Below, piece by piece: positions 27,006 through 35,028 of a stretch of DNA of 64,000 bases (position 1 is its first letter; every line of letters starts with the position of its first letter). Made by a program: the position numbers and the translations under genes. This DNA comes from Candidatus Woesearchaeota archaeon (GTDB lineage Archaea > Nanobdellota > Nanobdellia > Woesearchaeales > GW2011-AR9), in NCBI GenBank assembly GCA_018696595.1, contig JABHQW010000003.1, positions 32,001 to 96,000 of the forward strand, read 5' to 3'. The notes below the pieces were generated by a model, which had not been told where the DNA came from, did not search any database, and saw only the letters and a program-made list of their open reading frames with translations.

Positions 27006-28568
27006 ATGGTAGATAAAAGCACTTGCTTAAAGTTCTATAAAAGAGAAGATATTCAGAAGGCAATGGTAGAACATGCTCAAAATAAAGAGCTTGGTGTCCG
27101 TTACGGAGACGGTTTTGGTAAAAGGCCAGACATTCTAATGTATCCAAATGAAGTATTAGAACTAGCCAAACAAGGAGTGACTTCTTTCCATTGTAGTGAA
27201 GAAGTTTGGGACAATCCTTTGGGGATTAGTAGCGATTTAACTAGGAAAAATTTAGACGAATTAAGGGCTGGTTGGGACTTAGTTTTAGATATTGATTGCC
27301 CTGATTGGGAAATTTCTAAACTAACCACTTATTTATTTATTAAAGCACTAAAAGATAATGGGATTAAAGAGGTTTCTTGCAAGTTTAGCGGGAATAAAGG
27401 GTTTCATATTGGGGTTCCATTTGAAGTTTTCCCTCAAGATGTTGCTGGGAAGAAAACAAAAGATATTTTTCCTGAAGGACCAAAGAAAGTTGCTCAATAT
27501 TTACTAAACATTATTACTACTCGTTATGTTCAAGTAAAAAACAATAAAATCTTTCTGAATCATGATTCTGCTTTTAGTTTACCCGAACTGAAAGAAAAGT
27601 TTGGTGAACAAAAGTTTTTAATTAATAAATGTGTGAAATGTAAAAGAGAAATAAAAAAACCTAAAGAAACAATTATTGAATTTATTTGTCCAAGGTGTGA
27701 ACAAAAAATAACCGAAGATAAAGAGTTTGTTAAGTGTCAGAAATGTAACATTTTAATGAATAAGATAGAAAATTCAAGGTCTTTGTGTCCTTGCGGTTCA
27801 AATGAATATAATTCTATTTTTGATCCTCTATCTATTATAGAAGTGGATACAATCTTAATCTCATCCCGTCATTTGTACCGGATGCCTTACTCTTTACATG
27901 AAAAATCTGGCTTAGCTAGTTTGCCAATAGATCCAGATAAAGTTTTACAGTTTGAGAAATCGATGGCTCATCCAGAAAATATTCAAGTCTCTACCTTCAA
28001 TTTTATGGACAGAAATGTCTTAGGAGAAAGTGGAAGAATGTTATTATTAAACGCTCTTGATTTTGAAGTTAAGATTGAAGAAGATCGAGAAACTTCATCG
28101 GATAAATTTGAAGAGGTTAAGATTGAAAGTCCGATTAAAGAAGATTTCTTTCCACCATGTATTAAACAAATCTTAACTAATGGTTTAGAAGATGGTAAAA
28201 AACGGGCAGTATTCATATTATCAAACTTTTTAGGGAAAATTGGTTGGGAAAAGAAAGAAATTGAAAGTTATATTCTTAAGTGGAACCGCGAGAAAAATAG
28301 AGATCCGTTACGTGACAATTATATTGTTGGTCAAATGAAAAGTTTTGTTCCTGGTGCCAAGTTGCCACCTAATTGCAGTAATGATGGGTATTATAAGGAT
28401 CTTGGAGTTTGTCATCCTGATGCTTTGTGTGGCAGACTAAAGAATCCTACTAATTATACTATACTGAGATGGAAACGATGGTTGAGGGACCGAGAGAACG
28501 ATAAAGGCAGTAAGAAGAAGGAAGAAGTTGAGAAAGAAGCAGAATCACTAAAAGCAAGCAAAAACTAA
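27006..28568 (+). CDS. priS: Fused DNA primase (PriS catalytic + PriL C-terminal domain)
   Basis: DLVLDID and FSGNKGFHI (PriS), RHLYRMPYSLHEK, then FPPCI...LPPNC...C (PriL Fe-S domain). Carries a Cys-rich insertion. Confidence 0.88.
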   Translation: MVDKSTCLKFYKREDIQKAMVEHAQNKELGVRYGDGFGKRPDILMYPNEVLELAKQGVTSFHCSEEVWDNPLGISSDLTRKNLDELRAGWDLVLDIDCPDWEISKLTTYLFIKALKDNGIKEVSCKFSGNKGFHIGVPFEVFPQDVAGKKTKDIFPEGPKKVAQYLLNIITTRYVQVKNNKIFLNHDSAFSLPELKEKFGEQKFLINKCVKCKREIKKPKETIIEFICPRCEQKITEDKEFVKCQKCNILMNKIENSRSLCPCGSNEYNSIFDPLSIIEVDTILISSRHLYRMPYSLHEKSGLASLPIDPDKVLQFEKSMAHPENIQVSTFNFMDRNVLGESGRMLLLNALDFEVKIEEDRETSSDKFEEVKIESPIKEDFFPPCIKQILTNGLEDGKKRAVFILSNFLGKIGWEKKEIESYILKWNREKNRDPLRDNYIVGQMKSFVPGAKLPPNCSNDGYYKDLGVCHPDALCGRLKNPTNYTILRWKRWLRDRENDKGSKKKEEVEKEAESLKASKN

Positions 28569-28598
28569 AAATAGTTTTTTAGGTTTCCAACCAAAACC

Positions 28599-28707
28599 TT
28601 TATAAACAACCCATTTATTTAATCATAATCAAGTCCGAGTTCACGCGCATTTAGGACTAAACTAAGTTTAACGTGTGAATTCTAAGGCTAAAATCAAAAT
28701 TATAAAA
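28599..28707 (+). promoter_or_regulatory. BRE/TATA promoter and ~80-nt structured 5' leader of the S13 operon
   Basis: TTTATAAA at 28599-28606. Helices AGTCC/GGACT and GAGTTCACGCG/CGTGTGAATTC lie before the ATG at 28708. Confidence 0.6.
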
Positions 28708-29223
28708 ATGGCAGAACAAAAACAACAAAAACCAGTTGAACAAAAGCAAGAACAGAAAGTAGACAACTTCAAACACATTGTTAGAATTGCTAATGTTGAC
28801 ATCCCTGGAGAGAAACATGTTAAGATAGCTTTAACAAAGATTAAAGGTGTTGGAACAATTCTTGCTGACGTATTCTGTAAATTAGCTAATATTGATCGTC
28901 AAAAGAAAGCTGGATACTTAACTCCTGAAGAAATAGTAGAGTTAAACAAAGTTGTTAACGATCCTTTATCAAACGGTCTTCCACTTTGGATGATTAATCG
29001 GAAAAATGATTATGAAACTGGTGAAGATAAACATTTATTGACTGGTACATTAAATTTTGTACAAGATAACGATCTTAAAAGATTAAAGAAAATCAAAACC
29101 TTACGTGGAATTAGACATCAAAGAAAGTTACCTGTTCGTGGTCAAAGAACTCGATCAAACTTTAGAAAAGGTAAAGGTAAAGTTGTTGGTGTTAAGAAGA
29201 AAGGCACTCCAGGTAAGAAATAG
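28708..29223 (+). CDS. rps13: 30S ribosomal protein S13 (uS13)
   Basis: IVRIANVDIPG, ALTKIKGVG and RGIRHQRKLPVRGQRTRSN. ATG at 28708 preferred over the GTG at 28675. Confidence 0.97.
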   Translation: MAEQKQQKPVEQKQEQKVDNFKHIVRIANVDIPGEKHVKIALTKIKGVGTILADVFCKLANIDRQKKAGYLTPEEIVELNKVVNDPLSNGLPLWMINRKNDYETGEDKHLLTGTLNFVQDNDLKRLKKIKTLRGIRHQRKLPVRGQRTRSNFRKGKGKVVGVKKKGTPGKK

Positions 29224-29233
29224 GTAAAATAAG

Positions 29234-29983
29234 ATGGGCGATCCAAAAAAATTAAAGAAAAAGTACTCAACTCCTGCACATCCTTGGAATAAAACCGAGA
29301 TTGAGGAGAATAAGATCTTACGAAGAGAATATGGTCTTAATATTCAAAAAGAGCTTTTGATTGCCAATTCATTCTTAAAAAAATATAAAAATATTGCTAA
29401 GCGTTTAATTGCAGATACTTCTGAACAAGGACAGAAAGAAAAGAAACAAATGGTAGACAAGTTGTTTAAACTTGGTTTGTTAACTTCTGATGCCGCTATG
29501 GACAGTATATTAAGTTTAACAGTTAGAGATATTTTAAACAGAAGATTACAAAGTGTTATTTTCAGAAAAGGACTAGCTAGATCTATGAAACAAGCTAGAC
29601 AATTTATTACTCACCGACATGTAATGGTTGCTGAGAAAGAAATAACTGCTCCCTCTTATTTAGTTTCAAGTGAGGAAGAAGCACAATTAAATTTTAAAAA
29701 TAAATCAAGTTTATCTAATGAAGATCATCCTGAAAGAGCTATTCCTGAAGCTAAAGAAATCAAAGCAGAAGCTGAAGCTATTAAACCTAAAACAGAAGAA
29801 AAAGCTGAAGAAGCTGCTCCTGTTGAAGAGAAAGCTGAGGAAGTTAAGGAAGTTACAGAATCAAAAGACTCTGAATCCTCGGCAAAGCCTGCGGAACCTA
29901 AAACAGAAGAAAAGGTTGAAGAAACTCCTAAGGAAGAAGTTAAAGAAGAAGAAGCTTCTAAAGAAGAGGTAACTGAAAAATGA
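29234..29983 (+). CDS. rps4: 30S ribosomal protein S4 (uS4) with an acidic C-terminal extension
   Basis: [16 protein letters not shown] and [27 protein letters not shown]. Confidence 0.97.
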   Translation: MGDPKKLKKKYSTPAHPWNKTEIEENKILRREYGLNIQKELLIANSFLKKYKNIAKRLIADTSEQGQKEKKQMVDKLFKLGLLTSDAAMDSILSLTVRDILNRRLQSVIFRKGLARSMKQARQFITHRHVMVAEKEITAPSYLVSSEEEAQLNFKNKSSLSNEDHPERAIPEAKEIKAEAEAIKPKTEEKAEEAAPVEEKAEEVKEVTESKDSESSAKPAEPKTEEKVEETPKEEVKEEEASKEEVTEK

Positions 29984-30459
29984 GAGAAGAAAGAAGATCA
30001 GGACCTAGTTCAGGAAGACCTAGACCACAAAGACATGGACAAAGAGATAATCGAGGACCAAGGTCATTTCCAAACATGCGTTGGGGAATTGCTCACATTT
30101 ATTCAAGTTACAATAACACAATTATTACTGTTACCGATATTACTGGAACCGAAACTTTAGCAAGAAGTAGCGGTGGCCAGATGGTTAAAGCAGACAGATT
30201 AGAAAGTTCACCTACCGCAGCAATGTCAGCAGCAAGAAAAGTTGCAGAAATTTGCCGTGAGAAAGGAGTTCAAGGATTATACATTAAGATCAGAGCAAAA
30301 GGCGGTCATAATGGTCCTAAAAATCCTGGACCTGGTGCACAAGCAGCAGTTAGAACATTCTCTCGTGTTGGAATCAGAATTGGTAAAATCGAAGAAGTAA
30401 CTCCAGAACCTCATAACGGTTGCCGAGCTAAAGGCGGTCGAAGAGGAAGAAGAGTATAA
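29980..30459 (+). CDS. rps11: 30S ribosomal protein S11 (uS11) with an Arg-rich N-terminal extension
   Basis: [23 protein letters not shown] and GGRRGRRV. Confidence 0.97.
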   Translation: MREERRSGPSSGRPRPQRHGQRDNRGPRSFPNMRWGIAHIYSSYNNTIITVTDITGTETLARSSGGQMVKADRLESSPTAAMSAARKVAEICREKGVQGLYIKIRAKGGHNGPKNPGPGAQAAVRTFSRVGIRIGKIEEVTPEPHNGCRAKGGRRGRRV

Positions 30460-30478
30460 TCCTAATTAACTAATAAAA

Positions 30479-31261
30479 ATGGCAATGAAACTGGAAAAAA
30501 TTAAGGAAGAACGAAAGAAAAACAAAATTACTTTCTTGTTCAAAGGAAGCGATGAAGTTTTTGCAAACACTATTCGTAGAACCATTATTGAAGAAGTTCC
30601 AGTTTTAGCTGTAGAAGATTTAGAAATTAAAGAAAACAACTGTGCATTATACGATGAAATGTTAGGATTAAGATTAGGATTATGTCCAGTTAAGACTGAC
30701 TTGAAAAGTTATAATTTGAAAGATGAATGTAAATGTGAAGGAGCAGGTTGTGCTCAGTGTGAATTGAAAATGCATCTTAAAGCAAGTAAAAAAGGTTATG
30801 TTTATGCAAAAGACACACAAAGTTCAGATCCAAAATGTACTTTTGTTTATGACGAAATGCCTTTAGCAAAATTATTATCAAAACAAAAAGTTGATATTCA
30901 GATGACTGCAACTATGGGAAAAGGTCGAGATCACGCAAAATGGATTCCTGGATTAGCTTTCTTTAAGAAAGAACCAGTTGTTAAAATTGGCACTGTTAAA
31001 GATGCTGAAGGAATTGCAGCTGCTTGTCCACAAAATGTTTTCAATGCTAAAGGCGGAAAATTAACAATTAATAAAGACAACTTATATGATTGCCATTTAT
31101 GTAATCAATGTGTTGATTTAGATAAAAATATTACTCTTGAAGACTCTGGCAACTTTATTTTTAGTTTAGAAAGCTGGGGACAATTAACTAATAAAGAAAT
31201 TTTAACGCAAAGTGCAAAAGTTTTATTAGAAAAGATTGACAATTTAGAAAAACAAATATAA
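30479..31261 (+). CDS. rpoD: RNA polymerase subunit D (Rpo3)
   Basis: FANTIRRTIIEEVP, LGLRLGLCP, GRDHAKW and a ferredoxin-like insert. Confidence 0.95.
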   Translation: MAMKLEKIKEERKKNKITFLFKGSDEVFANTIRRTIIEEVPVLAVEDLEIKENNCALYDEMLGLRLGLCPVKTDLKSYNLKDECKCEGAGCAQCELKMHLKASKKGYVYAKDTQSSDPKCTFVYDEMPLAKLLSKQKVDIQMTATMGKGRDHAKWIPGLAFFKKEPVVKIGTVKDAEGIAAACPQNVFNAKGGKLTINKDNLYDCHLCNQCVDLDKNITLEDSGNFIFSLESWGQLTNKEILTQSAKVLLEKIDNLEKQI

Positions 31262-31270
31262 GGATATAAA

Positions 31271-31630
31271 ATGGTTAAAACAACAGGCCCAACAAACTAC
31301 CAAGCACGACTTTTATTGAATGAGTTAGATGCTAAGAGCAGGGAAAGTAATCTCTGGAAAAGAGTAGTCAAAGACCTAAAGAAACCATCAAGACAACGAA
31401 GAATAATTAATCTTTACAAAATCAATAAGTTTGCTCGTGATGGGGAAACTATCTTAGTTCCTGGAAAAGTTTTAAGTGTTGGTGAACTTGACAAAAAAGT
31501 TGATATCGCTGCAATGAACTTTTCAAACGGAGCAAAAGAAAAAATTATTAATGCTAAGGGTAAAGCAATGTCAATTCAAGAATTATTTAAAGCTAACCCA
31601 GAAGGCAAAAAAATCAGAATTTTAGGATAA
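31271..31630 (+). CDS. rpl18e: 50S ribosomal protein L18e
   Basis: INLYKIN, VPGKVLSVG and operon position. Confidence 0.95.
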   Translation: MVKTTGPTNYQARLLLNELDAKSRESNLWKRVVKDLKKPSRQRRIINLYKINKFARDGETILVPGKVLSVGELDKKVDIAAMNFSNGAKEKIINAKGKAMSIQELFKANPEGKKIRILG

Positions 31631-31633
31631 AAA

Positions 31634-32056
31634 ATGAAAATATATAACGGAGAAGGAATGATACTTGGAAGAATGGCTGCAGTTATTGCTAAAGCATCCT
31701 TGCTTGGAGAAGAAGTAAACGTAGTTAACTGTGAGAAAATGGTAGTTAGTGGAAGAAAAACTAATACTGTTGCTCAAGAAAAGCAGAAAAGAGATCGAAA
31801 AGGATATCCGTTAAAAAGTGCAAAGTTCTCAAAATTACCTGATAGATATGTTAGAAGAACTATTCGAGGAATGGTTCCTTGGAAACAAGCTAGGGGAAAA
31901 GAAGCATATAAAAGAGTTATGTGTTATATTGGAATTCCAGCAGGCTTAGCTGATAAAGAAATGATTACTATTAAAGAAGCTTCAATGAAAAAATTACCTA
32001 CCTTAAAATATATGACTGTTGGAGAAGTTTGTAAAAGGTTAGGTGGAAAGTTATAA
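31634..32056 (+). CDS. rpl13: 50S ribosomal protein L13 (uL13)
   Basis: ILGRMAAVIAK and RRTIRGMVPWKQARG. Confidence 0.96.
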   Translation: MKIYNGEGMILGRMAAVIAKASLLGEEVNVVNCEKMVVSGRKTNTVAQEKQKRDRKGYPLKSAKFSKLPDRYVRRTIRGMVPWKQARGKEAYKRVMCYIGIPAGLADKEMITIKEASMKKLPTLKYMTVGEVCKRLGGKL

Positions 32057-32057
32057 G

Positions 32058-32456
32058 ATGGCAAATAAAGTTATTCATAATTCCGGAACTCGTAAAAGAG
32101 CCGTTGCTCGAGCTACATTAAAGCCTGGAAAAGGTAAAATTGTTGTTAATGGTCAGTTATTAGAAAATTATAGTGACGAAATGTCTCGGTTAAGAATTAA
32201 AGAACCATTAGTTTTAGCAGGAAGTATTTCCGGCAAGGTTAATCTTAGTATTAAGGTTAATGGTGGTGGAAATAATGGGCAAGCAGACGCAATCAGACTA
32301 GCAATTGCTCGTGTATTTGTTGATTACGATAATAAATTAAAGAAAGTGTTTGATGATTATGACAGATTGTTGTTAGTTGCAGACGTTAGAAGAAAAGAAG
32401 CATGTAAACCAAACATGTCTAAAGCTAGAGCTAAAAGACAGAAGTCTTACAGATAG
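32058..32456 (+). CDS. rps9: 30S ribosomal protein S9 (uS9)
   Basis: [21 protein letters not shown] and [13 protein letters not shown] at 32058. Confidence 0.96.
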   Translation: MANKVIHNSGTRKRAVARATLKPGKGKIVVNGQLLENYSDEMSRLRIKEPLVLAGSISGKVNLSIKVNGGGNNGQADAIRLAIARVFVDYDNKLKKVFDDYDRLLLVADVRRKEACKPNMSKARAKRQKSYR

Positions 32457-32470
32457 AGGAAACAAAAAAA

Positions 32471-32668
32471 ATGATTATTCCAATTAGATGCCTTTCATGC
32501 GGGAAACCCGTTGGCCACTTATATGAAGAATATAAACAGAAACTAGAAAAGGGCGAAGAAGCCAAGAAAGTTTTAGATTCTTTAGGAATAGAAAGATATT
32601 GTTGCCGAGGAATCTTCTTAAGTCATGTTGAGTTAATTGACGTTGCTGGCGAGTTTAAGAAAGGATAA
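32471..32668 (+). CDS. rpoN: RNA polymerase subunit N (Rpo10)
   Basis: [12 protein letters not shown] and ERYCCR. Confidence 0.97.
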   Translation: MIIPIRCLSCGKPVGHLYEEYKQKLEKGEEAKKVLDSLGIERYCCRGIFLSHVELIDVAGEFKKG

Positions 32669-32716
32669 GTTTTTTTATTTCTTAACTTTTATATATTAAT
32701 TATTTCTTTATAGTTT

Positions 32717-33652
32717 ATGTTTAGATATTCTAAAAATGATGGCTTTAATCCAAACCTAAGTAATTATTTTACAGAAGCAGGAAAAGATGCTTTAGGAATC
32801 CTTGCTGGTTTAAATTCTTCTACCTTTAATGTAGCTAGTTTATTAACAGTAGATGCTCCAGAATTTGCTCGTAGAGTTATTAAAAACAGAGTACCATTAA
32901 CTCTGATTCATGCTTTAATTGATCGAATCCCAGGTAAAGATTATAATCGTCCTGGGGCAGATCCAGATGCTCCCGTGGTTTTCTTCAGGCATGGATATTG
33001 GACTGGAGCAGCTTCAATGAAAGGTTTTGGTAAAACTTTAGGAAAAGATTTTGGTATTGATAATCATCAATATGATTATACTGATTATTTGCCAGATCTT
33101 GCCGATCGTTTTCTAAATAAAGTTGAAAAAGTTAAAGCTGCAGGAAAAGAGGTTCATGTTATTGCTCACAGTAAAGGCGCTTTGGTTGCTTTATATGCTT
33201 ATCAGCAAAAACCAGAGTTGTTTGATAAGATTGTAACTATGGCTGTTCCTTTTCAAGGTTCAGAGATGGCTGATAAATATTGGTGGGTGACATTACCTTT
33301 CCCCCCTTATATTTCTTTAAGAGAATTCTCTCCAAACAATTTAATTCTGTCAAAGATGAAACGTAAAGGTTTACCTGAAAATGCCCAAATTATAAACTTC
33401 TATACAGATACTGATGAATTCATTAAACCATTTGAAAATGCTAAACTCCCAGAACAAGATAATGTTAACAATATTTTAATTCCTGAAATTAAACATAATG
33501 CTTTTCTTTATGATGCAGTTGTTCAACAGTTTGCAAGGTTTTTCTTGAATGGTTTTCCTTTGGATGATAGGCTATTTGATAGAATTGACTTTCAATTACA
33601 TGGGAAAGAAACAGCCAGGTTGGAAGAGATTGCTGAAGCCAATTGGGTTTAG
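32717..33652 (+). CDS. Alpha/beta hydrolase (lipase/esterase-like)
   Basis: HG oxyanion motif (FRHGY), nucleophile elbow AHSKG, candidate Asp (TDEFI) and His (KHNAF). Confidence 0.85.
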   Translation: MFRYSKNDGFNPNLSNYFTEAGKDALGILAGLNSSTFNVASLLTVDAPEFARRVIKNRVPLTLIHALIDRIPGKDYNRPGADPDAPVVFFRHGYWTGAASMKGFGKTLGKDFGIDNHQYDYTDYLPDLADRFLNKVEKVKAAGKEVHVIAHSKGALVALYAYQQKPELFDKIVTMAVPFQGSEMADKYWWVTLPFPPYISLREFSPNNLILSKMKRKGLPENAQIINFYTDTDEFIKPFENAKLPEQDNVNNILIPEIKHNAFLYDAVVQQFARFFLNGFPLDDRLFDRIDFQLHGKETARLEEIAEANWV

Positions 33653-33733
33653 AAATTATAATCTCATTATTTTGTAAGTATTACTCAAAAGTGATAAAAA
33701 TAAGAAAACTTTATAAATGAGAAGTTCTATTTT

Positions 33734-34981
33734 ATGATTAATTTGGGACATACAACAAAAGTATTGGAAGATGAATATAGAAGAAAAGATTTGTTAGTAG
33801 TTCCTAGTTCTTATCCTGGACTTTTAAAAGCAGTACAAAGAACTTTAAAAGGAATACCTGATGAACTTCCAGCTAAATCTTTGGAAGATAAATTAACTCA
33901 CTTAAGGGTACTTCCTTTATTAGAACAGCTTGATATTCATCGTTATCAATTAGAACATGGAAGTATTTCTCAACAACAAAGTGAAAGACTTAGATTATTA
34001 GAAAAAAAATATCAAAGTCTTGCTAGAACTAAGCCATTACAACAAGTCGTTGCTACAGACTTACAATCATCAAAAACCAGAATGATAAGGTTTAATCCTA
34101 AACGAAGATCTCGTGCTGACTTAAAATATATTTTAACTCAAAACGGAATGTGTTACGCGGATAAAAGGCGTATAAGTGATATTACAAATCACTTTTATGA
34201 TGATAGTATCCTTGGTGGATCAGTAATTCTAACTGTTGAAAAGGGTGCAAAAGGAAAGAAGATTAAGTATGGAGTTGTTGAACGTAGAACAAAACAAAAT
34301 AATCCCATTTTAGCAGTGCTTAAATTATTTCTAGGTGTTGATAAAACAGGAGATGTTGTTTTAACAGCAGACCATTTTAGTGCAGCAAATTATTTTGCAA
34401 AAAGAATAGGTGATTGGGCAAATGATGGAAAAATAGATCTGTTTGCTTATGGCCCAGTAGCATCGTTATATCTTGCTGAGAGACTTGGAGTCAGTAAAGT
34501 TGTTTTCGGTGATAATGAACTAGAAGAGTTTGGTAAGGCTTGTGGTTTGACAGCAAGATCTACTTTCCATAGATTACCAAACGGAAAAAATAGTGGTCCA
34601 GCAGATTCTCGTAAAGTTGGAATTATTTCTCATCCTAATAATCAAGATGGTGTTTGGCAACATTCATTGTATCGAGTTCCTACTGGTAGGCAAGTTATTT
34701 ATGACCTAGAACCATTAAGTATTGACAACTTATTTGACGAGTTTAATCAAGTTCAGGTTGACTTAAGAACAGAAATTAGTAATAAAGGAAAATTAAGAAA
34801 AGGGTACTTAGAAAAGCTTAGGATTGATGAAAGATTTTCTATGATGCGCACCATATTAAGAATAATGGAAGATGCTTATCTAAAAAATAGAAGATTCATG
34901 GTTGCAAAGTCAAGTTATAATTCATCAATAGATCTTATTAAATCTAAAGATAGAGATTTCTCTAGGCCTTACGTAAATTAA
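33734..34981 (+). CDS. Hypothetical protein
   Basis: 415-aa ORF with its own TATA (TTTATAAA near 33711). No domain recognised. Confidence 0.75.
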   Translation: MINLGHTTKVLEDEYRRKDLLVVPSSYPGLLKAVQRTLKGIPDELPAKSLEDKLTHLRVLPLLEQLDIHRYQLEHGSISQQQSERLRLLEKKYQSLARTKPLQQVVATDLQSSKTRMIRFNPKRRSRADLKYILTQNGMCYADKRRISDITNHFYDDSILGGSVILTVEKGAKGKKIKYGVVERRTKQNNPILAVLKLFLGVDKTGDVVLTADHFSAANYFAKRIGDWANDGKIDLFAYGPVASLYLAERLGVSKVVFGDNELEEFGKACGLTARSTFHRLPNGKNSGPADSRKVGIISHPNNQDGVWQHSLYRVPTGRQVIYDLEPLSIDNLFDEFNQVQVDLRTEISNKGKLRKGYLEKLRIDERFSMMRTILRIMEDAYLKNRRFMVAKSSYNSSIDLIKSKDRDFSRPYVN

Positions 34982-35028
34982 TCTTCTACTACAATAATCT
35001 TTAAATAATCGCCACTTCTCAACAACAC

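Noticed and set aside
29718-29972. Lys/Leu-rich alternative-frame ORF inside rps4 as an overprinted gene or frameshift product
   Set aside because: It is the expected shadow of repetitive GAA/GCT codons in the acidic tail. No slippery site or RBS was seen.
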